Shown: positions 51,694 through 60,545 of the stretch, piece after piece | Position numbering within the stretch: the first letter of the stretch is position 1 | Layout of the letters: each line of letters starts with the position of its first letter | DNA from: a virus | Lineage: Duplodnaviria > Caudoviricetes | DNA length: 64,000 nucleotides | Strand: one strand, 5' to 3' | IMG/VR virus record: IMGVR_UViG_3300020331_000002 | Notes under the pieces: model-generated | What the model saw: the letters and a program-made list of their open reading frames with translations, nothing else | Told to the model about the DNA's origin: nothing | Database searches by the model: none | Made by a program: the position numbers and the translations under genes

Positions 51694-51971
51694 ACCATTT
51701 TGTGTAATACCTCATGGTAGGACCTGATCCCTACTTCGTCAAGCCAAGCTTGATTTACCGGTACCTTTAAACCTGCCTTTCCTCGAGTAAACGAGCACAA
51801 AGTATTACACAAAATGGCACCAGCACCCCGCCGCATTCACAACGCTTATCTGGCTTATCCGCTCCGCATTCAGCGCAGAGACTAACAAGGTGATTACTGC
51901 AACGGTTGACAGGATTAGTAGGATTCCCGGGGTATCCACACCCCGCCTGTCATTGCTCGCCTGCATGGTGC
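51694..51971 (-). ncRNA. two tandem structured RNA modules (51815-51971 CCA-ended; 51694-51817 closed by a 16-bp perfect inverted repeat)
   Basis: GCACCA-T-GCA / TGC-TGGTGC-CA; CCATTTTGTGTAATAC / GTATTACACAAAATGG. Confidence 0.6.
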
Positions 51972-52056
51972 GGTTCTATTAATCCTAGCGATTGAATCCC
52001 GTGGACTGAATTAATCACCAATAGACGCTCGATACCGCATCGTTACAATAATTCGG

Positions 52057-52668
52057 TTACAAGTCGTTTACTTCAACGACTCGTACAAAGTCAATAATAA
52101 ATTGTACAATATAATCCCAAGAATGACCGTTTTCAATGTTGTATTCAGCAATACGACACAGCGCGTCGAGCGTAGCTTCGTATTCTTCATCATCATCACC
52201 ATCAACGGTGCACGTTCCTTCGTCGTACATTTCTTTGGCCGCTTCAAAATCCATTTCCAAGTCGTGTACGAGCATTGCAGCCAAGTCACAATCATGGATG
52301 GCAACATCGTCCATTTCAGCACCGAAACAAATCATATGTTCGTGCACGAACTCATTAACTTCGGGTCTCAGTGAGTCACCATCAGTAAACAAAATGAAGT
52401 AGTCAGCCACTTCAAATACGATAATCTCGTCGGAGCCAATATTGTCGACCAGTGCCTCAATATCACTCTCATCTAACATACCTAAGAAAGTTTGGATATC
52501 AGACTCGTTAGACGTCACATAAACACTAGCATAATCGCTACCTGTCAAAAAAGACGTATCGTCTACGTCACCGCGCACGGTGTCTGAGTCAGCAGGCAAG
52601 TATGATGTATATTCAACATCAAGCGTTTCGTGTACTAACTTACGTTTTTCGGTGGTGAATTCCATCAC
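52057..52668 (-). CDS. highly acidic protein
   Basis: Very D/E-rich 203-aa ORF. Confidence 0.65.
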   Translation of the reverse strand: MMEFTTEKRKLVHETLDVEYTSYLPADSDTVRGDVDDTSFLTGSDYASVYVTSNESDIQTFLGMLDESDIEALVDNIGSDEIIVFEVADYFILFTDGDSLRPEVNEFVHEHMICFGAEMDDVAIHDCDLAAMLVHDLEMDFEAAKEMYDEGTCTVDGDDDEEYEATLDALCRIAEYNIENGHSWDYIVQFIIDFVRVVEVNDL

Positions 52669-52681
52669 GCCTCCAAAGAAA

Positions 52682-52757
52682 TGGTGCCCCCAACTGGATT
52701 CGAACCAGTGACCTAACGATTATGAGTCGTCCGCTCTGCACGCTGAGCTATAGGGGC
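52682..52757 (-). tRNA. tRNA(CAU), Ile2-like or Met
   Basis: GACGA-CTCATAA-TCGTT; resembles ileX-type body. Confidence 0.85.
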
Positions 52758-52851
52758 TTTAGATAACTTCTTAAAACTTGTGTCTATTATACAACCATTT
52801 AGGTTGTTTGCAAGAAAAACTTTTAATTATTTTCCACATTGACACGGTGAT

Positions 52852-52926
52852 TGGAGCGGATAAGGGGAGTCGAACCCCTTCACTACGGCTTGGAAGGCCG
52901 AGGGCGTCACCAGTGAGCTTACCCGC
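52852..52926 (-). tRNA. trnG: tRNA-Gly(UCC)
   Basis: CGGC-CTTCCAA-GCCG, CCA. Confidence 0.88.
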
Positions 52927-52937
52927 GTATTATGTTA

Positions 52938-53387
52938 CTAAGCATGATTCACATAAGCCGTACTAATAATACAAGCAGTGTGATAATCAGCTTCCTGTTT
53001 AAAAGCGTTAAAGAGTTCAGCGTACTGTTCCTTAACAGATAATTCTTGATCCATGTCAGTAATTTTGAAACGACATTTATGACCACACAGCTTCATGCTA
53101 ATTGAACGGCCGATGTCTGTTTTTGGATTACTGTCACAGTAAACGTAAAGGCCAATACGTTCTAGTGCAATACCGCCGCCCCATTCTACGACTAGGCGAT
53201 ACGTGTTATCAATTGCATTACCGCGTATGTTAAGGAAACAACGGGTACTTCTGAACGTAGTGTCAACGTCGACGTTGTACTTTTGCTTGAGTTGCTCAAT
53301 ATAATCGACTAACTGCGCCTTTATAAAAGCAAAGCTGTCAAGTTCTTTAACAGCTTCGCCCATACTAATCATGCCTGGTAATCTCAT
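52938..53387 (-). CDS. hypothetical protein
   Basis: ORF track. Confidence 0.6.
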   Translation of the reverse strand: MRLPGMISMGEAVKELDSFAFIKAQLVDYIEQLKQKYNVDVDTTFRSTRCFLNIRGNAIDNTYRLVVEWGGGIALERIGLYVYCDSNPKTDIGRSISMKLCGHKCRFKITDMDQELSVKEQYAELFNAFKQEADYHTACIISTAYVNHA

Positions 53388-53452
53388 CTTTGTAGCCTTC
53401 TTTCTTAAAGTTCACAAAGAGTATAACAAACGATTCCCAGTTTACAAGACTT

Positions 53453-53998
53453 TTAAGATACTACTTTGACCCACTGGTTATAAAACGCATCGCGACCAAA
53501 GCCAAGGTACATATCGTCACCAACGAGAACAAGAGCTACTTCACGTGAACTTGTCTTAGTTGCGGACGGATTAGGTGCCGCAAGATATTTGCTCCAGTCA
53601 GCACTAACGATACCGTGTTTGTCAAGAACGCTTTCGATATCTTCATAATAAACAACGTTATTGCCGTGGCCTATTTGGCGCCAATTAGAAGGCTTAGTGT
53701 TCCACTCTGCACCCAAGTCATGTAACGCTTGGTAAATTTCACTTACTGCGTCATCGTCTTGTTCTGTTATCGACATTAGCTTACGCATTGCGCTAGGCTG
53801 TTCAGCACTTTCGTCCATATCTTCGCCTATTTCATCAGCCATCATGTCTTCAAAGTCCATAAGCTTATTCATGATATTATCATAAAATGCTTTGACTTTA
53901 TCTGATGATGCTTGATCATCGACTTGAAGCATCAAGTAATTGCGCTCTTTAGTCAGCGCATTATAAGTGGCGTTCGCCAATGAGTTAAATTTTGACAT
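53453..53998 (-). CDS. candidate internal head protein (internal MRKLMSITE motif)
   Basis: Internal copy of the family motif. Confidence 0.55.
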   Translation of the reverse strand: MSKFNSLANATYNALTKERNYLMLQVDDQASSDKVKAFYDNIMNKLMDFEDMMADEIGEDMDESAEQPSAMRKLMSITEQDDDAVSEIYQALHDLGAEWNTKPSNWRQIGHGNNVVYYEDIESVLDKHGIVSADWSKYLAAPNPSATKTSSREVALVLVGDDMYLGFGRDAFYNQWVKVVS

Positions 53999-54038
53999 TC
54001 TGATATCCTATTCTTTTTATTTTTCGTTATTAGGATTT

Positions 54039-54114
54039 TGGAGCGGGTAACGGGGCTCGAACCCGTGGCCTCTACCTTGGCAAGGTAGCGCTCTACCAAC
54101 TGAGCTACACCCGC
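54039..54114 (-). tRNA. trnG: tRNA-Gly(GCC)
   Basis: CTACC-TTGCCAA-GGTAG, CCA. Confidence 0.95.
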
Positions 54115-54122
54115 ATAATTGG

Positions 54123-54371
54123 TTATTCGCCTACGTACTCGTGATACTTTTCACAATGTCGATCTGAACAAGTCTGGTCAGTATAAGTCATAGTACCGCA
54201 TTCAGGACAAGGAATACTTCCTTCTCTTCCTTCACGCACTTGGGATTCGCTTCTGCGAGAACGGCGCTTATCTGAGCTTTCCGGTTGGTTTATGTCAGCT
54301 TGTTGATCGTCGTGGCCCATGCTATCACTTTCAGTAATGGCATTCATAAATTTACGCATTGTATCAGACAT
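54123..54371 (-). CDS. candidate internal head protein with Cys4 zinc finger
   Basis: MSDTMRKFMNAITE; CPEC…CSDRHC; CTAAATA at 54396. Confidence 0.7.
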   Translation of the reverse strand: MSDTMRKFMNAITESDSMGHDDQQADINQPESSDKRRSRRSESQVREGREGSIPCPECGTMTYTDQTCSDRHCEKYHEYVGE

Positions 54372-54394
54372 TAGTATGTCACTCCTATTTTTAG

Positions 54395-54790
54395 TTATTT
54401 AGCATGTTGCTCAAGGACTGATCTATTATCTTCTTCATCCGGATGCTTGTTTCTGCGTGCATCGGCTTCTTGCCTCATACTGACTAAATGCTTGCCGGGC
54501 TTACCGAGTACCACATCGTGAATAGGTTCTATACGTATAGTATCAATAATTTGACAATACTTTGCTCTTAACTCGTCACTTATCTTAGTATACTCGGTAC
54601 GCGAGCCAAAAAAGAAATTACTAACTTCTTTAGGAGATCCTGCGATTAACCATTTTAGATGATTGACTGTTTTACCGATTCTTTCAACTAAATGGCCGTA
54701 ATTGCATCCCGCAACAAGTGAGTCACCGTCTAAAAGAAATTCAGTATCACCATCTTTCAAAGTGTAAACAACGATGTATATTTTGGCCAC
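54395..54790 (-). CDS. hypothetical protein
   Basis: ORF track. Confidence 0.55.
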   Translation of the reverse strand: MAKIYIVVYTLKDGDTEFLLDGDSLVAGCNYGHLVERIGKTVNHLKWLIAGSPKEVSNFFFGSRTEYTKISDELRAKYCQIIDTIRIEPIHDVVLGKPGKHLVSMRQEADARRNKHPDEEDNRSVLEQHAK

Positions 54791-54811
54791 AGTATTGCCT
54801 CGTTAAGAAAT

Positions 54812-54963
54812 TGGGCGAGCCGCCGGGATTCGAACCCGGGAATACAGAATACTTCCGCTATTTGCATTTCACTTGGCATTGTCCGTACCTTTAAACCCCT
54901 CATACCAATACTTGGCTTAAAGAACCGATGCACCGATTCTTAAAGTTGCAAGGAGTCAGCCCG
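54812..54963 (-). ncRNA. 152-nt tRNA/tmRNA-like RNA with G3:U70 acceptor stem
   Basis: CGGGCTG/CGGCTCG + C + CCA; T arm CCGGG-TTCGAAT-CCCGG; no D or anticodon arm. Confidence 0.7.
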
Positions 54964-54973
54964 ATTGTTAAAA

Positions 54974-55053
54974 TGGCGCAGGTGTAGGGAGTCGAACCCT
55001 CAAGTCTCTCGACACGGTTTTGGAGACCGCTTTGCTCGCCAATGCGCACCTAC
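54974..55053 (-). tRNA. trnW: tRNA-Trp(CCA), atypical (V-arm hairpin, weak D arm)
   Basis: GCGGT-CTCCAAA-ACCGT; GTC-GAGA-GAC variable stem. Confidence 0.75.
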
Positions 55054-55242
55054 TTAATTCAAATTACCTAGTATCGCAGTAAGCACGATACCGACTTCTA
55101 GTCCCAGTAAAACGCCTACACAAGCGCAGGGAATCATATAACGATATTCACTCTGCCGTGCATGGACAGGTTTTCTTGCATAGAACACCAACGGTGCAGC
55201 CATGCCTAATAACAATCCGATAATACCGCATACGATTATCAT
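55054..55242 (-). CDS. small membrane protein
   Basis: Two hydrophobic segments. Confidence 0.55.
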   Translation of the reverse strand: MIIVCGIIGLLLGMAAPLVFYARKPVHARQSEYRYMIPCACVGVLLGLEVGIVLTAILGNLN

Positions 55243-55259
55243 AATTCACCCAAATAAAT

Positions 55260-55344
55260 TGGTACGGATGGAGAGACTTGAACTCTCACGTCTTTCGACA
55301 CTGGAACCTAAATCCAGCGTGTCTACCAATTCCACCACATCCGC
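55260..55344 (-). tRNA. trnL: tRNA-Leu(UAG)
   Basis: CTGGA-TTTAGGT-TCCAG, long V arm, CCA. Confidence 0.93.
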
Positions 55345-55348
55345 GTTG

Positions 55349-55948
55349 TTACTTTTTAACTTTCTCGCCGAGCGGAAGATCGTCTAGCTCATACGCTTCG
55401 TAATCGCCGAGCACCGTCTCTGCGTGCTCTATTGCATCTTCCACTGACCAAAACGGTTTAGGTGGTATATCATCTTCATGATCACCTAACCCTTTTGCTA
55501 CGTACCGTCTTGTATCTAACATTAGGTACACATTAAAGCGCTCATACGGGTCTTTGTATTCTATGAATGCCTTAAACTCGTATAAAGGCAATAAATCGTC
55601 TAACAACATATTCGTACATCCTTATGGTATACGAATATTTATGCATTTGATTTAATGCTCGAAAATATCGTCGCAGGTTATTTCACCATCAATTACGGCT
55701 CTAACTAGCGCACGTTTTTCGTCAGCTTTTCCAATAACGGGACAACCAGCAGTTTCAAAGTAAAAATCACACTTATTACAACCTGCGTTGGTTGAGCCTG
55801 ATACAAAATCTTCGAACGTTGGTGTCATCATGGCCAACGCTTGCTCGCGCTGCATATCATACGAAGCAACAACTTTATCAATGGCGGTTGCTAGATGATT
55901 GATGAACCATGCTCGTAGATCATTTGAAATCTTTATACCTTTGCGCAT
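55349..55948 (-). other. two hypothetical CDSs (55349-55609 late; 55652-55948)
   Basis: ORF track; ATAAATA at 55636. Confidence 0.6.
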
Positions 55949-56028
55949 AAGTAAACCTCATGTGCTATCTAAAACATAGCGTTAGTATAAGGCCTTTTTT
56001 AGCATTGTAAAGACTTATCTGGCATAAA

Positions 56029-56059
56029 AAATGCGGCTAACTTTCGTTGCCGCATTTTG
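56029..56059. terminator. intrinsic terminator-like hairpin
   Basis: AAAATGCGGC…GCCGCATTTT. Confidence 0.7.
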
Positions 56060-56080
56060 TGAACTACTTAATTTAATTTA

Positions 56081-56488
56081 CTAAGCAGAACGCATAATTG
56101 TGGCATAAATTTCTAACAGGTCGTTGAGTTGGAAAACTTCTTCTTGTAGAAAGTCGATTGCTTCCATAGCAACGTCGTTGCCGTATCCTACACGCTTAGC
56201 CCAATCAAAAAAGTACTGCTCAACAGCACGGTATTGATCGTCGCTAGCTGTACCGAAGTTAGAGATACCGAATTGCTTGAGGAAGCGGCCAGGGCGACGG
56301 CGTTTCATCTCAGCTGTGATTTCCCACGCTACGTGAACGATTTGCTCAGGCACGCCATAATCGCTAGCAAAGTCCATGACTTCTTCAGACTCAATTGTAG
56401 CGCCAGGCAGGGCAGCAATGTCAGCAGCATATTGACCAACTTCTGAATCTTCTTCAGTCATAAGGTTCATAATTTTTCTCATATCCAT
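56081..56488 (-). CDS. candidate internal head protein
   Basis: MDMRKIMNLMTE; TCGTACTAAATAC upstream. Confidence 0.7.
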   Translation of the reverse strand: MDMRKIMNLMTEEDSEVGQYAADIAALPGATIESEEVMDFASDYGVPEQIVHVAWEITAEMKRRRPGRFLKQFGISNFGTASDDQYRAVEQYFFDWAKRVGYGNDVAMEAIDFLQEEVFQLNDLLEIYATIMRSA

Positions 56489-56591
56489 AAAGCGGTCTCC
56501 TTTAAAATGCTAATTGGAATGGTTGTCGCATGCATATCTCGCATAAATTACAAGAGTATTTAGTACGATATCGCATTGCTAGTTTCGAATA

Positions 56592-56792
56592 TTATCGCCT
56601 TATCAGTTCTACACGACATTTTCGCTTTATTTTGGCAGAAAGTTTTTTTGCTTTGGCCTGTAAGCGAAGCCACTCAATGGCAATTTCGTTGCCGTGGTCA
56701 CTTTCTATATGCAACATTCTTTCTTCAAGTTCGCCGATGCGATCGAGAACCTCAGCTTCCTTCTTAAGCAGTTTCAGGAGTTTATGTGACAT
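56592..56792 (-). CDS. small coiled-coil protein
   Basis: ORF track. Confidence 0.55.
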   Translation of the reverse strand: MSHKLLKLLKKEAEVLDRIGELEERMLHIESDHGNEIAIEWLRLQAKAKKLSAKIKRKCRVELIRR

Positions 56793-56807
56793 TATGTGCC
56801 TATAATA

Positions 56808-56884
56808 TGGCAGGTGCGGCAGGATTCGAACCTGCGACCCTTGGCTTAGAAGGCCAATGCTCTATCCAGCTGCGCTACGCACCC
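56808..56884 (-). tRNA. trnR: tRNA-Arg(UCU)
   Basis: TTGGC-CTTCTAA-GCCAA, CCA. Confidence 0.95.
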
Positions 56885-56896
56885 ATTAAAGATGAT

Positions 56897-57190
56897 TTAA
56901 TCAAACGGCCAGTTCGGGTCTTGTTCAGAGAATTCCATCATAGAGCCATGGAAATCAAGGTTAATTGAACCTACCTTAGCTTCGTGATAAAATATACCTA
57001 TCACCGAGTCGTCTTGGTTGTATATTACCTCAACACGGTGCCCGTCAATTTCTGACTGTTCAATGTCGTCGCTGCTAACCTCCATGGTGAGGTCTTCCCA
57101 ACGACTGTAATTAACTTTTTTGAAGTTTCCGGATTCAGTAAGTGGCTTACCTTCCATCACGTTCATAAATCCGCGCATTGTATCTGACAT
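56897..57190 (-). CDS. candidate internal head protein
   Basis: MSDTMRGFMNVME; CTAAATA at 57216. Confidence 0.7.
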   Translation of the reverse strand: MSDTMRGFMNVMEGKPLTESGNFKKVNYSRWEDLTMEVSSDDIEQSEIDGHRVEVIYNQDDSVIGIFYHEAKVGSINLDFHGSMMEFSEQDPNWPFD

Positions 57191-57460
57191 ATTAAGTTAT
57201 CCTATATAATGTACGTATTTAGTGACAGTGGCTCAACTACTGTATATTAAGACTCACTCTCGTGTATCTTCTTCCACTGTTCAACAGCATCAAAAAACAA
57301 GTCACTCACGGCATCTGCACCGGCGTCTGCAATAGATATCATCGTTTCTGAATCGTTCCATTGCGAGAGCCACTTCATGGTTTCATCAAACCATTTAATT
57401 TTATCTTCGTCTGTCATTATGTATACGCCTTTAAAACAGTACACACTTGCAAATTTAATT

Positions 57461-57544
57461 TGGTGCACGGTGTGGGACTCGAACCCACACGCCTAAGGCC
57501 ACGGCTTTTAAAGCCGCTATGTCTACCAATTTCATCACCCGTGC
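57461..57544 (-). tRNA. trnL: tRNA-Leu(UAA)
   Basis: GCGGC-TTTAAAA-GCCGT, long V arm, CCA. Confidence 0.93.
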
Positions 57545-57555
57545 ATGAAAGACAG

Positions 57556-57987
57556 TTAGATAACTGCCTTTGCGATTGCTGAAGCCGATTTACCGTCGTA
57601 CAAGCCTTCGTGATTAGCTTTAAGGTGCTTCATCACTTGGCCCATATTACAACCAGGGTTGGCTTCTACGAATGAAACGATTGTGCCTCTCAGCTCATCT
57701 TCATTCATTTGTTTAGGAATGTACCCGTTTACCACGTCAAGCTCAAGCTCATAAGCGGCAAGCTCTGATACCTGATTGCGCTCTTTCATGTTAGTGATAG
57801 TTTCATCAATTGACTTGACGAACTTTTTGCACACTTGCACAACCTCTGCATCAGTCGATAGACGCTTTCCATCGTCTAAGCCGATGCGCGAAGCTTCAGA
57901 ATACAACGTGGTTAAAATACTAACTCTGGCGCTGTCTCGTGCTTTCATAGCTGCCATACGGTCAGCCTTTATCTTTTCTATCAACAT
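57556..57987 (-). CDS. yqeY: GatB/YqeY domain protein
   Basis: IKADRMAAMKARD…YIPKQMNEDEL…MGQVMK…DGK. Confidence 0.9.
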   Translation of the reverse strand: MLIEKIKADRMAAMKARDSARVSILTTLYSEASRIGLDDGKRLSTDAEVVQVCKKFVKSIDETITNMKERNQVSELAAYELELDVVNGYIPKQMNEDELRGTIVSFVEANPGCNMGQVMKHLKANHEGLYDGKSASAIAKAVI

Positions 57988-58004
57988 TTCTTTGTTTCCT
58001 TCGG

Positions 58005-58234
58005 TTATGTGCCGGCTACAGTGTCGCGGTAAGCGGTGTCGAGTTTCCCAACAACTTTTACTTTCATAATACGGTGCGGCGGGTAGTGTTCAAAATATTC
58101 TTCGCCTTCGGGGTTTTCAGGATTGTGGCGATAGCCAGTTGCAACAATAGCGGAAGAGTGTTCGCGGGCTTTATTTGCGTTCGCCACGTTGTATTTGAAT
58201 ACTCGGCCATCGTCAATGTAAACTTGGATTTCCA
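58005..58234 (-). CDS. hypothetical protein
   Basis: Start at MEIQVY. Confidence 0.6.
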
Positions 58235-58307
58235 TTAGTGTTACTCCGTGTATGTAGAAATGCAGGATCATGTCGCCAAACACTCACCTGCATTGAGGAC
58301 AAACTAA

Positions 58308-58661
58308 TTAATAATCGTCGGTAGGATCAAACACAAGATAAGTATAACGGCCGCCATATGCATTCACTGTGTGAACACGAGCGTATACGCCGCCTTCAGT
58401 GTCTACGCCACGATTACTACCGTAGGCTACTTGCACCTTAGATCCGTGCTTGGCTTTCACTTTTTGCAAGTCACTGATCAACTCGTCGATGTCATGTGCG
58501 CCAGATATTCTGTCGCCTGCATCTTCGTGCGGTTCATCTTCATCATCGTCTGGCATGTCGTAATCGTCTTCATTAACTTGTTCGACGTTCTCTTCAACAG
58601 CCCTGTTTTGTTCTGTTTCATCGCCAATGGCATCCATCAGCGAGCGCATATAATCCGACAT
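58308..58661 (-). CDS. candidate internal head protein (start corrected to MSDYMRSLMDAI)
   Basis: CTAAATA at 58690 and GAGGAG RBS lie inside the longer tracked ORF. Confidence 0.7.
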   Translation of the reverse strand: MSDYMRSLMDAIGDETEQNRAVEENVEQVNEDDYDMPDDDEDEPHEDAGDRISGAHDIDELISDLQKVKAKHGSKVQVAYGSNRGVDTEGGVYARVHTVNAYGGRYTYLVFDPTDDY

Positions 58662-58713
58662 GTAGTTCTCCTCGTTGTCGCTTTCTTTGTATTTAGCTAC
58701 GACAAGGTCGATA

Positions 58714-58788
58714 TGGTAGAGACACCGTGGGTCGAACACGGAGCACCAGCCTTATGAGAGCCGGGCGAATACCTTCCATTCTGTCTCT
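58714..58788 (-). tRNA. trnM: tRNA-Met(CAU)
   Basis: CGGCT-CTCATAA-GGCTG; AGAGACA/TGTCTCT, CCA. Confidence 0.8.
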
Positions 58789-58794
58789 AGTATT

Positions 58795-58884
58795 TGGCGG
58801 AGAGTACAGGATTCGAACCTGTGCGCCCCTTTCGGGACTCTCGATTAGCAGTCGAGCGCGATAGACCTACTCTGCCAACTCTCC
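58795..58884 (-). tRNA. trnS: tRNA-Ser(GCU)
   Basis: CTCGA-CTGCTAA-TCGAG, long V arm, CCA. Confidence 0.93.
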
Positions 58885-58891
58885 TTTAAAC

Positions 58892-58988
58892 TAGTACCAG
58901 GTACGGGATTCGAACCCGCAGGGTCATTATTGCAGACCGCGACAAGCACTTCCGTGATGCCGCGCCTTCCCATTCGGCGCAACCTAGT
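58892..58988 (-). tRNA. atypical tRNA, CGG (Pro) at anticodon position; A33, 25-nt V region, CTA end
   Basis: ACTAGGT/ACCTGGT, D and T arms intact; loop CACGGAA. Confidence 0.55.
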
Positions 58989-58991
58989 ATA

Positions 58992-59085
58992 TGGCGGTGA
59001 GGGTGGGATTCGAACCCACGGCCGATGTTACCACCGACGTTTGATTTCAAGTCAAGTGCAATAAACCAGACTCTGCCACCTCACC
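58992..59085 (-). tRNA. trnS: tRNA-Ser(UGA)
   Basis: TTGA-CTTGAAA-TCAA, long V arm, CCA. Confidence 0.92.
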
Positions 59086-59241
59086 ATAAACCTTTACAAG
59101 CTGTTTATATCAGCTATAGCTTCTTTGAGAGATTCACGCGCACGTTTTTCGCGCTCGAGTTCTTCAACTCTTTTTTCTAGCTTTTTTACAAGCTTAACAA
59201 GATCACCGTGTGTCATTGTCATTGTGAACCTCTATTTAATA

Positions 59242-59279
59242 TGGCGCCGGCCCTGCGATACAACAGGGGATCACCCGGC
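59242..59279 (-). ncRNA. 38-nt CCA-ended minihelix
   Basis: GCCGG-GTGATC-CCCTG-TTGTATCG-CAGGG-CCGGC-G-CCA. Confidence 0.5.
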
Positions 59280-59288
59280 ATTGTAAAC

Positions 59289-59363
59289 TGGTAGGTTAGG
59301 TGAGTATCGAACTCACTACAACTGCTTTGTAAGAACAGCGCCTCACCTGTCGGCCTCTAACCT
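59289..59363 (-). tRNA. trnV: tRNA-Val(UAC)
   Basis: CTGTT-CTTACAA-AGCAG, CCA. Confidence 0.88.
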
Positions 59364-59370
59364 ATAATTC

Positions 59371-59667
59371 TTAAACTGCTTCGTGTGTAAACTTACACAT
59401 TACTCGGTAGAATATCTGCGTTGCAGCATACTTGTCGATATTGTCAAGAAACATTTGGAAGAACTTCTTCTCCGAGTCACTATTGTCCATAGCAACTGCT
59501 TTATTCAAAGTATCTACATATGTTTCTCTAGGAATCAACATAAAGTTTGCGTATTCTACACGACCCCATTCGATTAACTGCTTAAATGTTTCGGGGTCTA
59601 ACTCCGCTTTAAGCTCGTTGACGCGCTCTGTAAGCTCGTCTATGAAGTTATTTTTGTAATCTTCCAT
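59371..59667 (-). CDS. hypothetical protein
   Basis: ORF track. Confidence 0.6.
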   Translation of the reverse strand: MEDYKNNFIDELTERVNELKAELDPETFKQLIEWGRVEYANFMLIPRETYVDTLNKAVAMDNSDSEKKFFQMFLDNIDKYAATQIFYRVMCKFTHEAV

Positions 59668-59786
59668 AACGTTACTCGTTAAGTTTTAATCTATAATAGC
59701 ACGTCTGTAGAAGCTTACAAGAATAATTTCTACTTTATTTAAAAATAAAAAAGTGCCAAAGTAATTACTACAATGACACCTTAAAA

Positions 59787-59859
59787 TGGTTGCGGGTGCA
59801 GGTAACGATCCTGCCGGTCCTGGGTTATGAGCCCTGGTTGAACACCATGTTCACCCGCG
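59787..59859 (-). tRNA. trnfM: initiator tRNA-fMet(CAU) copy 1
   Basis: C1:A72 mismatch, GGG/CCC anticodon stem; unusual ATCGTTA T loop. Confidence 0.8.
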
Positions 59860-59866
59860 ATAGATT

Positions 59867-59945
59867 TGGTTGCAAGGGCGGGATTTGAACCCGCGTCCGC
59901 TAGGGTTATGAGCCCTGCCATCTGCCAGACTGATTGTACCTTGCT
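59867..59945 (-). tRNA. trnfM: initiator tRNA-fMet(CAU) copy 2
   Basis: 1:72 mismatch, GGG/CCC anticodon stem, CCA. Confidence 0.85.
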
Positions 59946-59951
59946 ATTGTT

Positions 59952-60031
59952 TGGCGCGGCAGGTAGGAGTCGAACCCACATGTTTCCAATTACTCTTTCG
60001 ACTGGTTCGTAGCCAGAGGAGATACAACCGC
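59952..60031 (-). tRNA. arm-rearranged tRNA-Arg(ACG)-like RNA
   Basis: Acceptor, 8-nt linker, CTGG-CTACGAA-CCAG, then GAG-TAATTGG, T arm, CCA; no 5' D arm. Confidence 0.7.
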
Positions 60032-60041
60032 ATTAAACTTT

Positions 60042-60536
60042 TTAACCTTTTTCGTCAAGAAGGATATCTGTTATAATTTCTTCAAATGCGTGGTAGTCTT
60101 CCATACCATCCCAATTGCCTTCGTTATAAAAAATATCCGTCGTTAGTGATACTATCTCGCGTCGACGATTACGTGGCATTGCCTTCCAATCATCTATCGA
60201 AGTAACGCCTTCTCTACGCAAGGCCGACAAAATAGCAACAGAAAAACTGTCATCATTGTTGCCTGACTTATTAGCATCATTTAACACCGAATCTATCATA
60301 TCAGCAAACATTGCTGAATCCGGCATCGCTTCATCGTCAATCCAGCCATGATTGTAAAACAAGTCACTAGCTTGATCGCCGTAGCGATATTTTTCGCGTC
60401 TTGACAACGCGTTCCAGTCAGCCAGTGTGTTGATATTATCACGAGCTAACATCTGCAATACACCTGACTTAACAACGGCATCGTTACCGCTAGTGTCTTC
60501 CATCAAGTTCATTAATTTTCGCATCTGATCTGACAT
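60042..60536 (-). CDS. candidate internal head protein with internal duplicated domain
   Basis: MSDQMRKLMNLME; two similar halves (L.R..I.(T/S)..DW.A..R…D(L/I)FYN.G.). Confidence 0.7.
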   Translation of the reverse strand: MSDQMRKLMNLMEDTSGNDAVVKSGVLQMLARDNINTLADWNALSRREKYRYGDQASDLFYNHGWIDDEAMPDSAMFADMIDSVLNDANKSGNNDDSFSVAILSALRREGVTSIDDWKAMPRNRRREIVSLTTDIFYNEGNWDGMEDYHAFEEIITDILLDEKG

Positions 60537-60545
60537 AAATGTTCC

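Noticed and set aside
58662-58739. 5' extension of ORF 58308..58739 as given in the ORF track
   Set aside because: It overlaps tRNA-Met and contains the late promoter and RBS. The true start is 58661.
55260-59085. tRNAs with TAG, TAA and TGA anticodon text as possible stop-codon suppressors or recoding
   Set aside because: Anticodons UAG, UAA and UGA read Leu CUA, Leu UUA and Ser UCA. All have Leu/Ser-type long V arms, and long ORFs are intact in code 11.
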